Positions 14,221-28,200 of a stretch of DNA of 64,000 nucleotides are shown in pieces. Origin of the DNA: Bispira polyomma (taxonomy: Eukaryota); contig OZ287752.1 of NCBI GenBank assembly GCA_965649765.1, positions 49,290,001-49,354,000 of the forward strand, given 5' to 3'. The number at the start of each line of letters is the position of its first letter. Position 1 is the first letter of the stretch. Under the pieces are notes generated by a model. It had not been told where the DNA came from, did no database searches, and saw nothing but the letters and a program-made list of their open reading frames with translations. A program made the translations under genes and the position numbers.

Positions 14221-16949
14221 GGATCACACATGCTCTGAAACTACTCATCTGAAAGTGCCATAATTATTAATTTTGGGGTCATGCGCATTACACTAAAAAT
14301 GCATTAAAATAAAAAAAAAAAATACGTTTGGAGATCATTTATTTGTGCATAATTCCGAAAATTTATGCTTAAATTTAAGCGCATATGTCTGTAAATGGAA
14401 TCGCTGTCTTGAGTGTTAGCATCTGTTGTACTTTGTACTGTTAATTTAATAACTACAACAATATTATATTGTACATTTGTTGTTTGTTTTTACCCATATT
14501 ATATACAAATCTGTGGGTTGTAATCTTTGTATATCCTGACTTGGGTTTGTATTTTGCTTGTTTTTTGTGTCTACTGCAACACTAGCTTGGTGAGAGAAGG
14601 GCTTAAATACTTATCAAAATAGACATATACCCAGAGCATTATTGGCTGGAATCCAGAAAGGATTGTAAAATGTGTATTGATTACACAGGACAAGAGTTGC
14701 AAGAGTGTGCATATGCTGAATTGTATGCTTAGTCAATATGTGGGTTGTTGATACTGTGAGCTCCACTAAGTATTCTGTTTTGGACTTAGACTGGTTTATG
14801 TAATTGCCTTGCAATTTATTCAGACACTTGATTATTCATCGATGTGATGTCTTTATGATCTTGTAAATATTCTATAATCTATACTTTCTTAAGACATATC
14901 ATAGCTTGTACTTAGGAGTAATATTATATTTTTAAAACAAGAAGAAAGGTGATAGATTCCAAATTGTGCAATGTTTATAATATCTAGGGTTAGCTTCTCT
15001 GTAGTAACAAAACGGTTTGCAAGAAAACTCACTATTAGAGTTGGGGAAGGCCAGAAGTGTGGTTTATATGTTCACATAAAAGCAGAACAGTTCTGTATAA
15101 GGTATTCTTACTATTCTATATTATTCAGGTGTATTTCTTTGCTTTTAGAGCTATAAGTATGGTAGTTATAAAAGATCAATGGAAATTCCCTGTAAATATT
15201 CTCTGCTTGTTTGAGACAGTACTTAGCTCTACTAGTTACTCGTTACATTGTGCCTGTGAAGAATTTTTTTTTTGCATAGCCTAGGTTAGTATGGGGTGTG
15301 AATGAGTAATCGTTGCTCGCCGAGTGAGTCTATTTTTGTGTGGATTTGGAGGCCATCTTTTCAACTTGATTCCGTAAAAATATTTGGTTGATGCTCATGT
15401 AATGTAGAATATCCATAAAGTACATTCTACACTTACATTTTTGCCCCCTCCAAAAAAATGTGAAATATTTTGTTTTTACGTTTACTGTTCCACCGGTACA
15501 GCTTGATTAATATCTCATTTTGCATATAACCACTTTGTCAGGGAGATCAGGCATTGACTGTCCGACCTGGCTGAAAATACAAGTATATCACCAAAAAATA
15601 CCACATTTCATGTCCTGTTTCTGATAGGCTGCATCCAATTCACAGAATTTCTTGTTCTGTAAAACTGAATGCCTGACCTGCCATATCCTAAATGGTGGAA
15701 CACACAAATTCAGGCCGACCGATATACACTGCTAAAAGTGTTGGATGAACAACATTGTTTATCGTTACTGGCTTAAATGCTTCAATATCGGTATCAGTAT
15801 CGCAGTGTATTGATTTTCCTGTACTGTTATACTGTATTCATGTCCAATTGTCCTCTTTTGATAGGTGTGCATTTTTAGCAGAATTAAAATTTTACCTACC
15901 ATCAAGGCGGGCATTCTTTTACGAACAATTGTTTACATTTAGAAATTACTCAACCACAAAAAAAAAGTTAAGACCTAGTGATGCAGTCTCTTCCTCCATA
16001 TTCTAATATAGATTCAGAGCAAGGACGGGAAAGTTGTTCGATATCAAAATGGTAGTTATGGAATCAATGTTGTATATGTATATCAAACCATTTATCCCTT
16101 CCTGGTATCTATTGGAATATCGAGATAGAAACATACCTAGAGTTTGCTTCACTACGTGTGGTGTATTTCCAGACTTTTGCCCTTTAGTACCAGTATTTTA
16201 TCCGTAATTCCTACTTAAATGTTTTAACAATCTTAATTGACACTTCCATTCTAGTTGAAAGTAAATTCAGCTAAAAATATACATAAATATGTGATAACTA
16301 ACAAAAAAAAACATGTTATGGTTAGACAGAAATTAATTATTAATAAATTAATACTACAGTACAATAGAATTGATTAAAACCTTTTTGTTTACAATGATAA
16401 AAAAGTCACTGATATTTACACTTATATATTTAGTTTTTGCTGCAGAGGTGAAGATGCTAATTGTAATTAGTACTGTTGCAAAATCATGAAAAAAAATATT
16501 TTTTGCTACCTCAGACATGGAAATGTTACTTTTGTTCTAATTTGAAAAAAGCAATATTAAATATTTTTGTATACCACTGTTAACTTAATGATGTTCCAAT
16601 TTGTGTGTTTCAGGTGAAAAACAAGATTAAAGTCAGATGTTTCTCCAATACACACACTGATATCTCATTCTACTAGTTCCAGGCAGCAGAAAAGCTAATT
16701 GTTGTAAAGAGGAACAACAAGCCGGTTGGATTACATTGGATTTATTGACCAGCACAGTTGTAAAAGTTAACTGAAGTAGCAGTGAAATAATGCTTGGATA
16801 ATGTTTCTAGCTTATACAAGACATGTTTTTTTCTCATCTGTAACTTTTGAAGAAGCCATATATGTTGACTTCATCATTTGATGTTGTAAAACACAGTAAA
16901 AGAGAAATATAGTGTTTTAATAGAAGAGATAGAGGTTTAAAATAATATT

Positions 16950-19900
16950 ATGCACTTTGGTGAATTTAACCCCCTGGAAGTGCTAGCAGCTGCTGCAGTA
17001 CAAAGGGGGGTAAATTCTCAGGAGGGAAACTCGGAGGATGCTGGCCAGGGCCAAACTAGTACATCTGATGTGGCTGATACTGACGATAACCCTGACGATC
17101 CAAACACAGTTTGTGAGAGTAAGACTACAACTGAGGGAGTCAGTGAAATGGACAAAACTGGCAACTCCAGTAAACACAATAAAAAAGAGGTATTTTTGAG
17201 TGGTGAAACTGATTCCAGTGCTAGTAATCCTGCAGTTTTAAAGAGTGATGAAAGTGCTGGGAGTAAAGACTTAAAGCCCCTGTCTGTTGTGACTGGCAGT
17301 GGCTCTGATGGATTAGCTAAAAGTTCCCCAGGAACACCGTCGTATGTGATAAAGATGGTCACTAGCAATGGCAACAAGGTTGGTTCTAGCAGATCAATGA
17401 TGGCCCTAAAAGATGCAACAAAGATTATAATTCCCAATAAGGATGGATCATCTAAGACACTGACGGTGTTGAAGATCAATAAACCAGTTTCCAACAGATC
17501 TAGTTCCTCACTTCAAATATTGAATGACAAACCGAAAGGTGAAGACGATGAAGGCTATTGTTCTCGATCCAGTTTAGACAGCCCCGGCCAGTGTTCTCGA
17601 TCTGACTCTGAACTCTGTGAGCAAGAGAATACCGATCTTAAGAGTCCTGGGATCAGAACAAGGAAAAGTATAAGTCCCCTGAATGTCCGAGTCATTCCGG
17701 TTTCTAAAAATGACAGTGACCAATCTATAGTCAACAAGAGCGTTACAACTAAAATGTTATCACCTGCAGCGACTGGCAGTGAACAGACAGTTCAGACTGC
17801 AAAGAAGCCAGCGAAGATAGTTATAGTAAGTCGTGATTCTAATATTAAAAACATATTCAGTGACAACAAGAATGAGAAACCAATTAATGAGAAATCTACC
17901 ACACCAGGAGAACATGTTGTGTCACCACAAGGGGGCACAGTTCTTAGATCGTTGCTAGGGGAGAAGAGTTTTAAAGCAGATGCCCAGCAATCCATTGGGA
18001 TTTCTCCCACAAATGTGATAAATCAAAACAAAATGGACTTTACACCTGCCACAAGCACAGGATTTCCAGAGTCCAAGCTAGCGTCCACATCTTCATCTGT
18101 TGAGAGTAATTCAGGGTCAAGCGGAAGTTTACAGGTGAAAGGTAATGGCCCGGTTTCATGTACACTGGGGTCACAAAGAGATATCTCAGGGATTGACAAA
18201 ATACAGGGTACAGCTGAGGAGATTAAGGTAGAGAACAAACAAGTCCCTGGTGAGTGTGACACTGATGATGAGCTAGATTCTGTAGAACTGGATACTAACA
18301 GAAACTGTCTGTCCACACCTAGTTCAGCAGGCTGTGATAATGGTCTAGATCATAAGTTCAAGGTTCCGTCTAGCACAGATCGTAACTTTCTAAAATATCA
18401 GGCCAGAACCCAAGAGGGAAGGGGATCGAGTGAAAACAATAAATGTTCAACAGTTATAACTAGAAGTTCTGAAAATTCATCTTGCACAACCCCCAGTACT
18501 GTCGTGAGGATTGTGTGTGCTAATAAAGCAACTGCTAATGAAGCTTGCAATGAGACTGGTAATAATAGAACACCTGCCTTGTGTAATGGTATAGCAGACA
18601 ATGTATACATTTCCAGTGATGAAAGTAATACTGAAGGTGATAATACAGAGCTGATAAGAAGTACAATTGATCTGGAAAGTGTTATAACAACGAACCAATC
18701 CCTCATTGTTTCAGAGCTTGATGAAACATCGGCGGCACAGAAGTCGGAGTCATTCCAGAATGCATTCAAAACATTTCTATCAAATGGGAAGCCTGTACAG
18801 TTGACAGACTTGAAAGGACTTAAAGCAACTACCCCGGGTGGTACTGTCACTTTACCACAAAGTGTTTTGACGTCTTTGAATCCACAAAGTAAAGTGACTG
18901 TGGTAGCTGGTGGTCCTGCTTCACAGTTAGTTACCAGTTTAGCAAGTCAGGTGTTAGCAACTAGTCACACATCACAGTTGTCAAAAGGTACAGTGAAACA
19001 GACAGTAGTAAATAAGTCAGCAGTTGTAATGGAGGGTAAGGAAGATGAAGAAATAGTTGACGTGACCAGTATAGGGGAAGTAGCATCTCCGTCACCTACT
19101 GAGACAAAGGAGTCGCTTAAATTGGCAAGTAGTTTAAACCAGCCTCAAATAACCTCAGTAGTGAGATCCATTCCTGCTAATAATAACGTATCATTATTTA
19201 CCAGTGCCATTATCAGTAGCAAGGGAAACCCTGCTGCAAAGACAATTCCAGTATTGATCAATACTACTAATGGAAGGAAGCTTGCTAGTGTACCAGTTAC
19301 AACCCTAGTTTCAGCAAGTACAGGCCAAAGCCAAAAGCCTGTGACTTATCTAGTTATGCCACCTCAGGGTAAAGGAGGGGCTAGTTTGTTGCTTCCACAA
19401 CAGTTAAAAGGACACAATACCCTTCAGGCAGCCCAGGGCCTTTCCAACATTCCCAGATATCAATACATCATACAGGATGATGTCCCACCTGTGATACAGC
19501 CAAATAGTGCATCAGTCACACAGCAACCCCAGACTGTCAATCTTTTAAATATTGGGAAACCCCAGACTAGTGATTCTTGGACTGTTCTAGCAACAGTGGA
19601 CACTCAGGGTGTAGTAAGCACTCCGGGTCAGTCAGCAATGTCTCATATGGCCAAGTCAAAGACAGTTCCAGTGCTTATCAAGAAACCAGTTGGAAGTGAC
19701 CTTTCTTTGAACACGAGTATGCTACAAAATAGCATTGTAGTAAGTTCAAAGGGACCCCAATCTCTCATCCCTAAACTAATGGCACAACCAATGTACCAAT
19801 CTCAGAAATCGGTATCAGGGAGTGCAAGTCAGTCAAATTTGTTGGTTAACCCCAATGATATTTTGAAAGCAGAATGTACAACACTGTTCTCAGATAATAT

Positions 19901-22205
19901 TGTGAAGTTAAAAAATCAAAGTACTGTTAAAAGTACTGATAAGGACAGGGATTCAAAATGTGCTGTTGATTTCAGTGATCAGTGTCTGGGTGAAGCTTTC
20001 ATCAGTTCAAGTGTTGTTCAATCCAGTATAAATTCTAGTCAGTTTTTTGAAGGTAGTGGTTCAGATGTATTGAAGATAAACAGAACCCCAAGTAAAACTC
20101 CAACTCAGTCTGCAGGTAGAGGTACACCATCAATAACGGGAAGAATAACTCCTCTTCACTCATTAGAAACAGCCCCATCTGAAAATACAATAAATATTAA
20201 AATCACAGGCAGCAAAGTCATCGACATGAGAACTTCGGAAGATTTGTCAAAAACGACCAAAAAACAAGCAAACATAGGCAAGTTTGGGTCCTTATCCACA
20301 TCATGGGCTGGGTTACAAAACTCTGAATCAGTATCAGCTTTTGGGAAGTCTGAGGGAATTTCAAGAATGTCTTCACCAGTGATGTTTGATAGTGCTACTA
20401 CATCCCCAACCTCTTCAGTTGAACCTTGGAGCCCCAACCCAATGTCACCTCTACAGATACGATCTGATAGTGAGCTTGATCTAGAACTGTTGACAAGACC
20501 TTGCCCCAAGGCTTTGGGTGAAGCCAAAATCCAAGCACAGGGAAGAAGAAAGTGGCGGGGTTCCACCTCCAGTACACCAGATCTATCGCTCATCAGAGAA
20601 GCTCCAAGTGTATCGAGGTTGCATCCATTAATAGATCATGACTACTGCATGTTTTCAGAGTTCAGTGCTGACATTCAGAGTAGTATTATTGCAACAACTG
20701 AATCAAAGAAAAAGATAGAGAAATATAATCAAAAGGCGAAGGCTGCACGAACTAAAGAAAGTTTGTACAAAGTGGAGAAGAATAGTTTGAAAATGAAAAA
20801 AAGAAAATACACACACCGCCTGCCCTTAGAGGAACTGCGGAAAATTCGTCAAGAGAAAGCACTAGAACGACGGAGCTCATTACTTGCTAAATTTGACAGC
20901 ACTGAGTCGCTCTTATTGAGCACAAACGCAGCTCAGATTTCTAAGAATATTGGAAAAATTGACAAGCCAATAGTGAAAAGACATGCAGCATTAGAAAAGA
21001 AAATTATGAGCACTAAGCCAAAAAGGAGAGACAACAAAAGTTATGTTAAAATAACTGGTAGTTTTCAAGATGATTTTGTGTACTATGCTACGAAAAATAC
21101 CCGAGGCAGACCACGTAAATATCACGATTCCACAAGTCCACAAGTACCAGCATTACCGGCCATTTCCAAAAAAACACCCATTGGAGGCATCAATGTTTTT
21201 GACTGGTACAGAGATTTGTCCAAAACTGACAAGAGTACAAAATTTGGTGTACCAGAGGATCCGAGACCAGTATCAGCTGTCAAAGCAGATCCTTACATTA
21301 ATGGTATCACGGACAAAAGTTTACACGTTCCTGCAATACCTTTAGGGGGTCACACACCAGTGCATGAGTCTGAAGTGGCTGATTTGGTGATGCAGATGAT
21401 ACCTGATGCTGATTATAATACTGGAATCACTTCTGAATCTGATCAGTTTATAGTTTCCACAAACCAGTCTGTGGCACAGTCAGAAACTGTTGTGGCACAG
21501 TCAGAAACTGTTGAGGCCTCTGCTGAGGAAAAAGTCAGCCAGAAAAATCCTGAATCTGACCATGGACTGGCATCGGGCGAAGAGAATCCTGCATATTTAG
21601 AAAATATGGTGGAACAAGTGCGTAACATGTTGAATTCCATGGGAGAAGCAGAGCTGACAATGCTTAGTGAGAATCTCAGTAACAGTATACCAAGCTCGCA
21701 GCAGGAGAACAACATCAAAGAGTCTGATTGTAGTACGATAACCACGAATACCACAACTGTGACAACGGATGCATCTGATTACTCTAGTCTTAATGCCTTT
21801 CTGGGACCCTACAGTCATGATGGAGGCTCTAACACTACACAGGGCACAGGCAACTCTTTTGACTTGGATGACATCAATGACAGTGACCTGCTACCTTCTG
21901 ACATTGGCAATATGAATATGATACTTGGCGACTTAAACACCCCAAAGTCCAGTGCGAGTACTAGTGTTGTAGACCCCAAGCTGAGTCTTTCTGCATTAGA
22001 TAGTCCAGTGAAAAACAGTGCTCCTTTGAGTTTATTATTCAGTGACAGCCCTCTCCGACCAGCAGTGAGTGCTAAACAGCAGGAACCAACTTTAACCAGT
22101 GTTAATGCAATCGACTCGGAGAACCACATTGACAAAAGTGAACTATTTCCAGAGGTCGAGACCTCGGTTAATTCCAGTCAAAGCCAGACAGCTTTACAGA
22201 CAAAG
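16950..22205 (+). CDS. Giant first coding exon of the + strand gene (1752 codons, Ser/Thr-rich)
   Basis: 1757-aa ORF; acceptor tttcag|G at 16613/16614 upstream of the ATG; donor AAG|gtagg at 22205/22206. Confidence 0.9.
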
Positions 22206-25200
22206 GTAGGTTTTTTCATTTAAAAAAATATATATATACATGTTGTGACGATTGAATGAACGTCTAAGCAATCGATGGTGTAAGAAGCCATAGATGTCTA
22301 TTCATTGGATAATTAAAAGAATTGATTATTTAAGGCATTGATTAGAGAAATTTGACATTGCAGTGTGTGCACTTGTTTGCCAAAATGATGTTGTCTAGTA
22401 AAGTAATCTAGTAAACAGGATGATAAACTTCTTTTGAGAAAAACCATTGTGTCTAACTGTTGTGATGCACTTGAATGAGTATAAGTTCCTGAGATACAAA
22501 CTTGGTTGTTTCAGCCAAAAAACTTTAGCTGTGTAGTAGTTTTTAATTGGTTTACAGTACAAGGTGTTTGATAGTGCAAAATCTCTCTGTTTTCAGGTAA
22601 TTCCAGTTTTACCAGCAGAAAAAGGGGAAGATTTGCAGAGACCTCCGGAGCTGACCACAGTCAGCATGTTCTGGAATGATTTGCCTGGCTTGATGATCCA
22701 CGGTAAACAGTGTGTAAGACTGGTGGACATCCACAAACAGATGTTACCAGCCAAGGACACAGGTACTCAATTTATATGCAATAACATATAGACATCTGTA
22801 CTATGCTATTAGAATATATTCAAATAAGATCATGTTTGCATGTTTTATTAAAGAAGTTTCGTAGATTTGATGAGAATTTTTCTGTGAAATGCACAAATTT
22901 CATTTTTGTAAACCGTTGGACACTCTAAGTTTTATGCATTGAAAATATTTAAAGGTGAATTTTCATATTTAACTGAGATTTTGTTCGACTTTGGGATCTT
23001 TGAAAACATTCCTGATCTAGTAAATTGTTGTATACAATTTAATTTGTTGTGGACATGTACACTGTTGGGGAGAACTTGATGAAAGCATCTATTTATAACA
23101 TACAAATCAACATATCGTGTACAGTGTTACCAACCATTAAACTATCCCTATTTTATCAAGATATAATGGTATAGAAAAAACAATGAAAACCACTTCACAA
23201 TATGACAGTTTTAGAGAAAATTCAATTGGTATGTTTTCATTAATAGTGCTGGTACATTTGTGAAGTTCTTGTTTGAGGCTGGTTTTAGTGATGTGGACCC
23301 ATATGGCCTATACAAAGTTAAGTTGGTCAATTAAAATTTAAAATTGTTGCATTTCTAATGCAATTGTTGGGGTAATATGTAAAATTGACAACAAAAAAGG
23401 ATTTACTACTTTTCTCCTTTCTACAAAATATATAAAGTGTTCTATCCTTTCCAGATTGGTCAATATTTTAGAGATTGTCAATTAGGGAGAAACTAACAAT
23501 GTAGGAATGTTTCAAAATTAAGAGTTCAATTTCCGAAATTTGTTTAATTAAGCGAATGAACAGCAATTACAACAGATCTGCTGGTTTCAGTTAAAAATTA
23601 GGAGTAGATGTCAAACTTTTGGGAAGTAATTTAAATTAAAGCCTGTAAACATGCAGGGTGTTAGAAAGTAAGAAAAAAAAGAGATTAAAAGTTATTTTTG
23701 AGGGAATTGCCGTTTGACGGTGAATGGTACGGTGGATACCTTGTGTGCCTCAGATGTATGCTAAATGTACTAGTCGCTGTATAGCAGTGTATTACACAGT
23801 ATTTCACTGTTGGTGTTGTCAACTGTCTTGAGAATATTATATTCTTCCACACTTGGCTGGAATAGGCACTTTTAAAATGCTCCAAGTAAACAACTTCTGT
23901 TGATTTTTTGGATCCAGATACAATGTCCTTCTGTCACAAGGACACCTACAAATGGCCATTAAATTAGAATTATGCTTTTTAAGGCTACTGAATAAAAACC
24001 TGTTCTTGTCGAAACACCTGGACTAAAATAGAAGTTATAAAATATGTTTTCAGTGAAACTTAAAACGTGAAACCAATGTTGGGTTTAAAATGATATGTTA
24101 TCTAAAATTAAATGTAAAACAACTTGCAGTTCTTTGCAAAAACACACATCCTGAGACTTGCATTCGTGAGAGATAATACTGTGTATACAAACTCTGTAAA
24201 ATGTGACATATGGTAATGGTTAAGATTACTACCCAAAGAATAAAATATCAACTACCAATGGACATTTCAAATGTAAGAGTTGGTTGTTTCAGGTTTACTT
24301 ATCACCTCATAAATCAGTTCACTTTAGATATGAAAATTGCCCCACAGCCAGAGTTTTGAAAATTTGTTTTAACTTTGTTAAGTCATAGTATTGAGTGATA
24401 ACTTCACCAATACTAAATAGATTTATCTTCCAAATATCTTGCCTTTGGTAGATTTCTCGCCTTTTTGATCAACAAAATTGCAGGCACAGCTGTATGCTTG
24501 ATATCATATTAATACATTCTCACTCTGTGTTGTACTGTTGGTTTATGGTGTCAATTTCTGCTGATGAAAATACTAGTCTTCTGTAGGCCTGATGATTGAA
24601 CTTGCAAGAACTTGTTGGGTGTGACTCATTCTTTGAAAGGTTTCTGCAAAGCGCAGTTTTAGAGTGTATCTTAACCTACAAATGTCTGCGTTGCATTTTA
24701 AACCTCAGTGTGAGTTTTGATTAATACAGCTTTAAAAAAAAACAATCAAATAAAAAAGTTATAGATTTTCAGAGTATTGTGAAGTTCTTGAATAATCTTC
24801 TATTTTATCGTGCTGTTAACCCTGTAATTAAACCAAATAACTGATTATTTTGAAAAGCCTGGACTTTATGTGACAGTTTTTGGTTGAATAAGTAAAACCT
24901 TTTGAAAATCTATTAGCACTTTTGTAAACAAGTACTGAGTTAGTGTCGTGTCACAAAATAAAATGTTAGTTATTGATATCATGATATTAGAATTTATTTT
25001 AAACACATTTATTTCAGAAACCGAAGGCAAATGATACACAAACTTGGTATAATTGCAACTTTAAAGTTCATAGTTCACACATTCACACACATTCATGTGT
25101 TTATATATGTATAGATAGATATAGGACTAATAATGATCATGATCCTCACACAATGAGAAGTTCAGCAATCAGCATGGGTTTGCCCAATTAAAGCCTGTAT

Positions 25201-28200
25201 TTTTGAATTCACATGATGAGTGACATTGGATGTTGACACTTTATTTGTATTGATCAAAGAAGAAAGACTTAGTTCTAGTTAGAATTAATCTCTTTAAAAA
25301 GTTCTAATTTGAAGTAATTTCCAGGAAGGATTTCCAATGATCAGGTGACTGGTTCTAATAATGATAGAATATTTCAGAATGTAGTAATTCTTGGGATCTT
25401 GGGAATGTCAGACATAGTGGATGGATGATTAGATGACCGGTCGATTAATTGTTGTTCAGACTGCTTGATCGTGGACGATCAATCTTTAATTTTATATAAT
25501 CGATTATTCACTAAATACTGTTCGTGCCTTCAACTAGTAAGATATTTTGATGTTTTTATGTTATTTTATGTAGTTTTTATGTCAAATAATGCAAATTTTG
25601 TCACTTTTACATTTGTTTTCATTTACCGAGATGTGTACTGGAAGCCATATAGGTTAGCAGTAGATACTAAATTTTAAATGTTTTAATTTAACTGCATCAC
25701 AATATATTCAACTTGGGATGTAAGGATGGGTAACTTAATACCTCAAACAAGATAAGTACATGAATAATTGATTACAGATTGATCATCAGTCGGCTAATGA
25801 AGCGATTAATTAACAGGTCAATCCCCAGCCTAAGTAAAACAGACACTTGTGACTACCACCTCCTCCAGTGTGTGAACTTCGCGAAAAAAGTGTGGTGGCC
25901 CTTTGGGCCACCAGATTTTATAGCTTGGTGGCCCGGATTAGAATCAGGTGGCCCAATACTTAAAAATGAAAAATTAAGCTATAAAATGTTGTTTTTTTAG
26001 AATACGACTTAAAATTTTTAATGCATAATAAATATATATTGTATAGTTTAAAAAAAAATTGGCTAAAAAATTTATCAGCCCCTTGGCAAGAGGGGTCGAG
26101 TTGACTGTGAAACACTGAATTTGAAATTTAATAATTAAGCAAGCCCAGTTATTTAACTCCAAAGTGAGGGCCACGGGATGGGCCGAAAATATATTTATTT
26201 ATATACATTGTATATTTATTTTGAATGAGGGGGCCAGAAGGGTCGAGGTGACTGAAACACTGAATTTGCACTGAATTGAAATTTAAATCAAAGCAATCCC
26301 AGTTATTTAACCCCAAAGAGAAGGCCACAGGAATCAAGATGGGCCAAAAATTTATTTATTTATATATTTATTTTGAATGAGGAGGCCAGATGGGTCGAGT
26401 TGACTGTGAAACAATAAATTTGCACTGAATTCGAAATTTAAAATTAAAGCAAGCTCAGTTTCTTAACCCCAAAGAAAGAGCCACAAGATGGGCCGAAAAT
26501 TGATCAGCCCCTCTTATTTATTTCGAATGAAGGGGCAAGAGGGGTCGAGTTGACTGTAAACACTGAATTTGGACTGAATTCGAAATTTAAAATTAAAGCA
26601 AGTCCAGTTATTTAACCCCAAAGAAAGGGCCACAAGATGGGGTAAAAAATTCAAAAATTAAAGCACTAGCAAAGACGACGCTAGTCGGTTAGCGGTGAGA
26701 GCACTGGGCGATAATAGATGAATTTAGTAAAATATGCGTAAAATTCGCTTTTAATTAGAAAGTATACAGATCACATACAAAACTACTTAAAAATATATAA
26801 AATCTTCATTTTATTTAATAATAAGAAGAGCTCTCATCCATATCCTTGCTTTTCAATAAAATTAAAAAGTTTCACGGTAAAGTTTTGTCTGCGCATGAGT
26901 GCCGAAGAAAATGGAACAGTCTGGTACCCAAATTATACTGTTTAGAGTGTGTAGCAAAAAAAAAAAAATCAAAGCCCCGGAAACAAGGTGGCCAAGCGGG
27001 CCACCGGAATTTGAAAGGAAGTGGCCCTTCCCATAAAGTGGTGGCCCTGGGCCACAGGGCCACCGGGAATTTCGTACACTGACCTCCTCTCTCCGGTGCA
27101 ATGGTGTATAGAGGAAAATATAGATTTTGCTTTTTCCGCATGTGCATATTTTTTTTCCATTGCTACTACAAGTAATACAAATGAGCAATGTATTGTCTGT
27201 TTTAACAGGTATATTGAAAAAACGATGTCAAATGATGAATTTAGAAATCACCAACTGTTCTGAACTTGAACGAGATTTCTTGATTCGGTATGCCAATGCA
27301 GCAAAATCCAAAAGCTGTGTGGTGGTTCCAAAAGTAGATGCCCAGGTGAGTTGTGTCATTTGATATTGCGTCAAGGTTTTTACCTCCAATGATAACTATT
27401 AAAAAATGAAGACATTGTCCTACTAGCATGAACTGAGTCACTTATTAGTTGAATTCTATAAAAATTGTCAACTTTGAGCTTGTCCTACTGGCTATCTTAA
27501 ATTTTTTAAAGAAAAAATAACATGCTTATTTTTTGAGGCCGAGGAGAGTTAAAAGATCAAGTACAGTAGAACCTCCACTTCACTTAAAATCAATTTTTGC
27601 AAATTTCTTCCAACTTCAAAGAAGATTTTAGGATCTCGAGAAACTGAGGAAAGAGGCCCAAGTAAATAGTAACCCTCCAAGGGTATAAAATACCACTAGA
27701 AAAAGTCTACTATTGCTTGGTGAATATGGGATCTCGATCCCTTCAAGATTTCAGATAAGCAAAAATGTCATGTTTTATTTGTTGTGATGTCAGAACCCTT
27801 TATTTGTGTTGTGTAAAAACTACTTTCTTGTGCCAAAGATACATGGGCCAAGGAGTTGATTAAGTCACCTTCATATAATTCTACTTCTGCCAATATATCT
27901 TGTATAATGAAAGAAGAACCAAATAAACTTCCTCATTGAGACTTTATTTTCTGTAGTTATGAAATTCCTTAGAGATAAAAAAAATTAGCCAGACTGTATC
28001 TCAGTCACTAATTGCCACAGAAGGTTTATGCTTAGTTACAAAAATTAGGTGTATAGTTGTGTACCTCACTTTATCCTTGAAGTAATGATCCTGGCTAAAA
28101 ATTCTTGTCTAGATAATACCCTGGCAGCTATTTTTCCTTATTGCATGTACGCATGTAAACAGCCTCCGATATCAGATGTATAATTTGTGAAATGAGATTT

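Noticed and set aside
16983-22135. Many - strand and shifted-frame ORFs inside the giant exon (also 32181-33918)
   Set aside because: Shadow ORFs of the real coding frame with no recognisable motifs.
25410-25832. Additional hAT-like MITE next to the 25866 element
   Set aside because: Termini too degenerate and no TSD could be identified by eye.
26846-27188. Cluster of short overlapping ORFs
   Set aside because: They derive from the GC-rich subterminal region of the hAT-like element; no transposase motifs.
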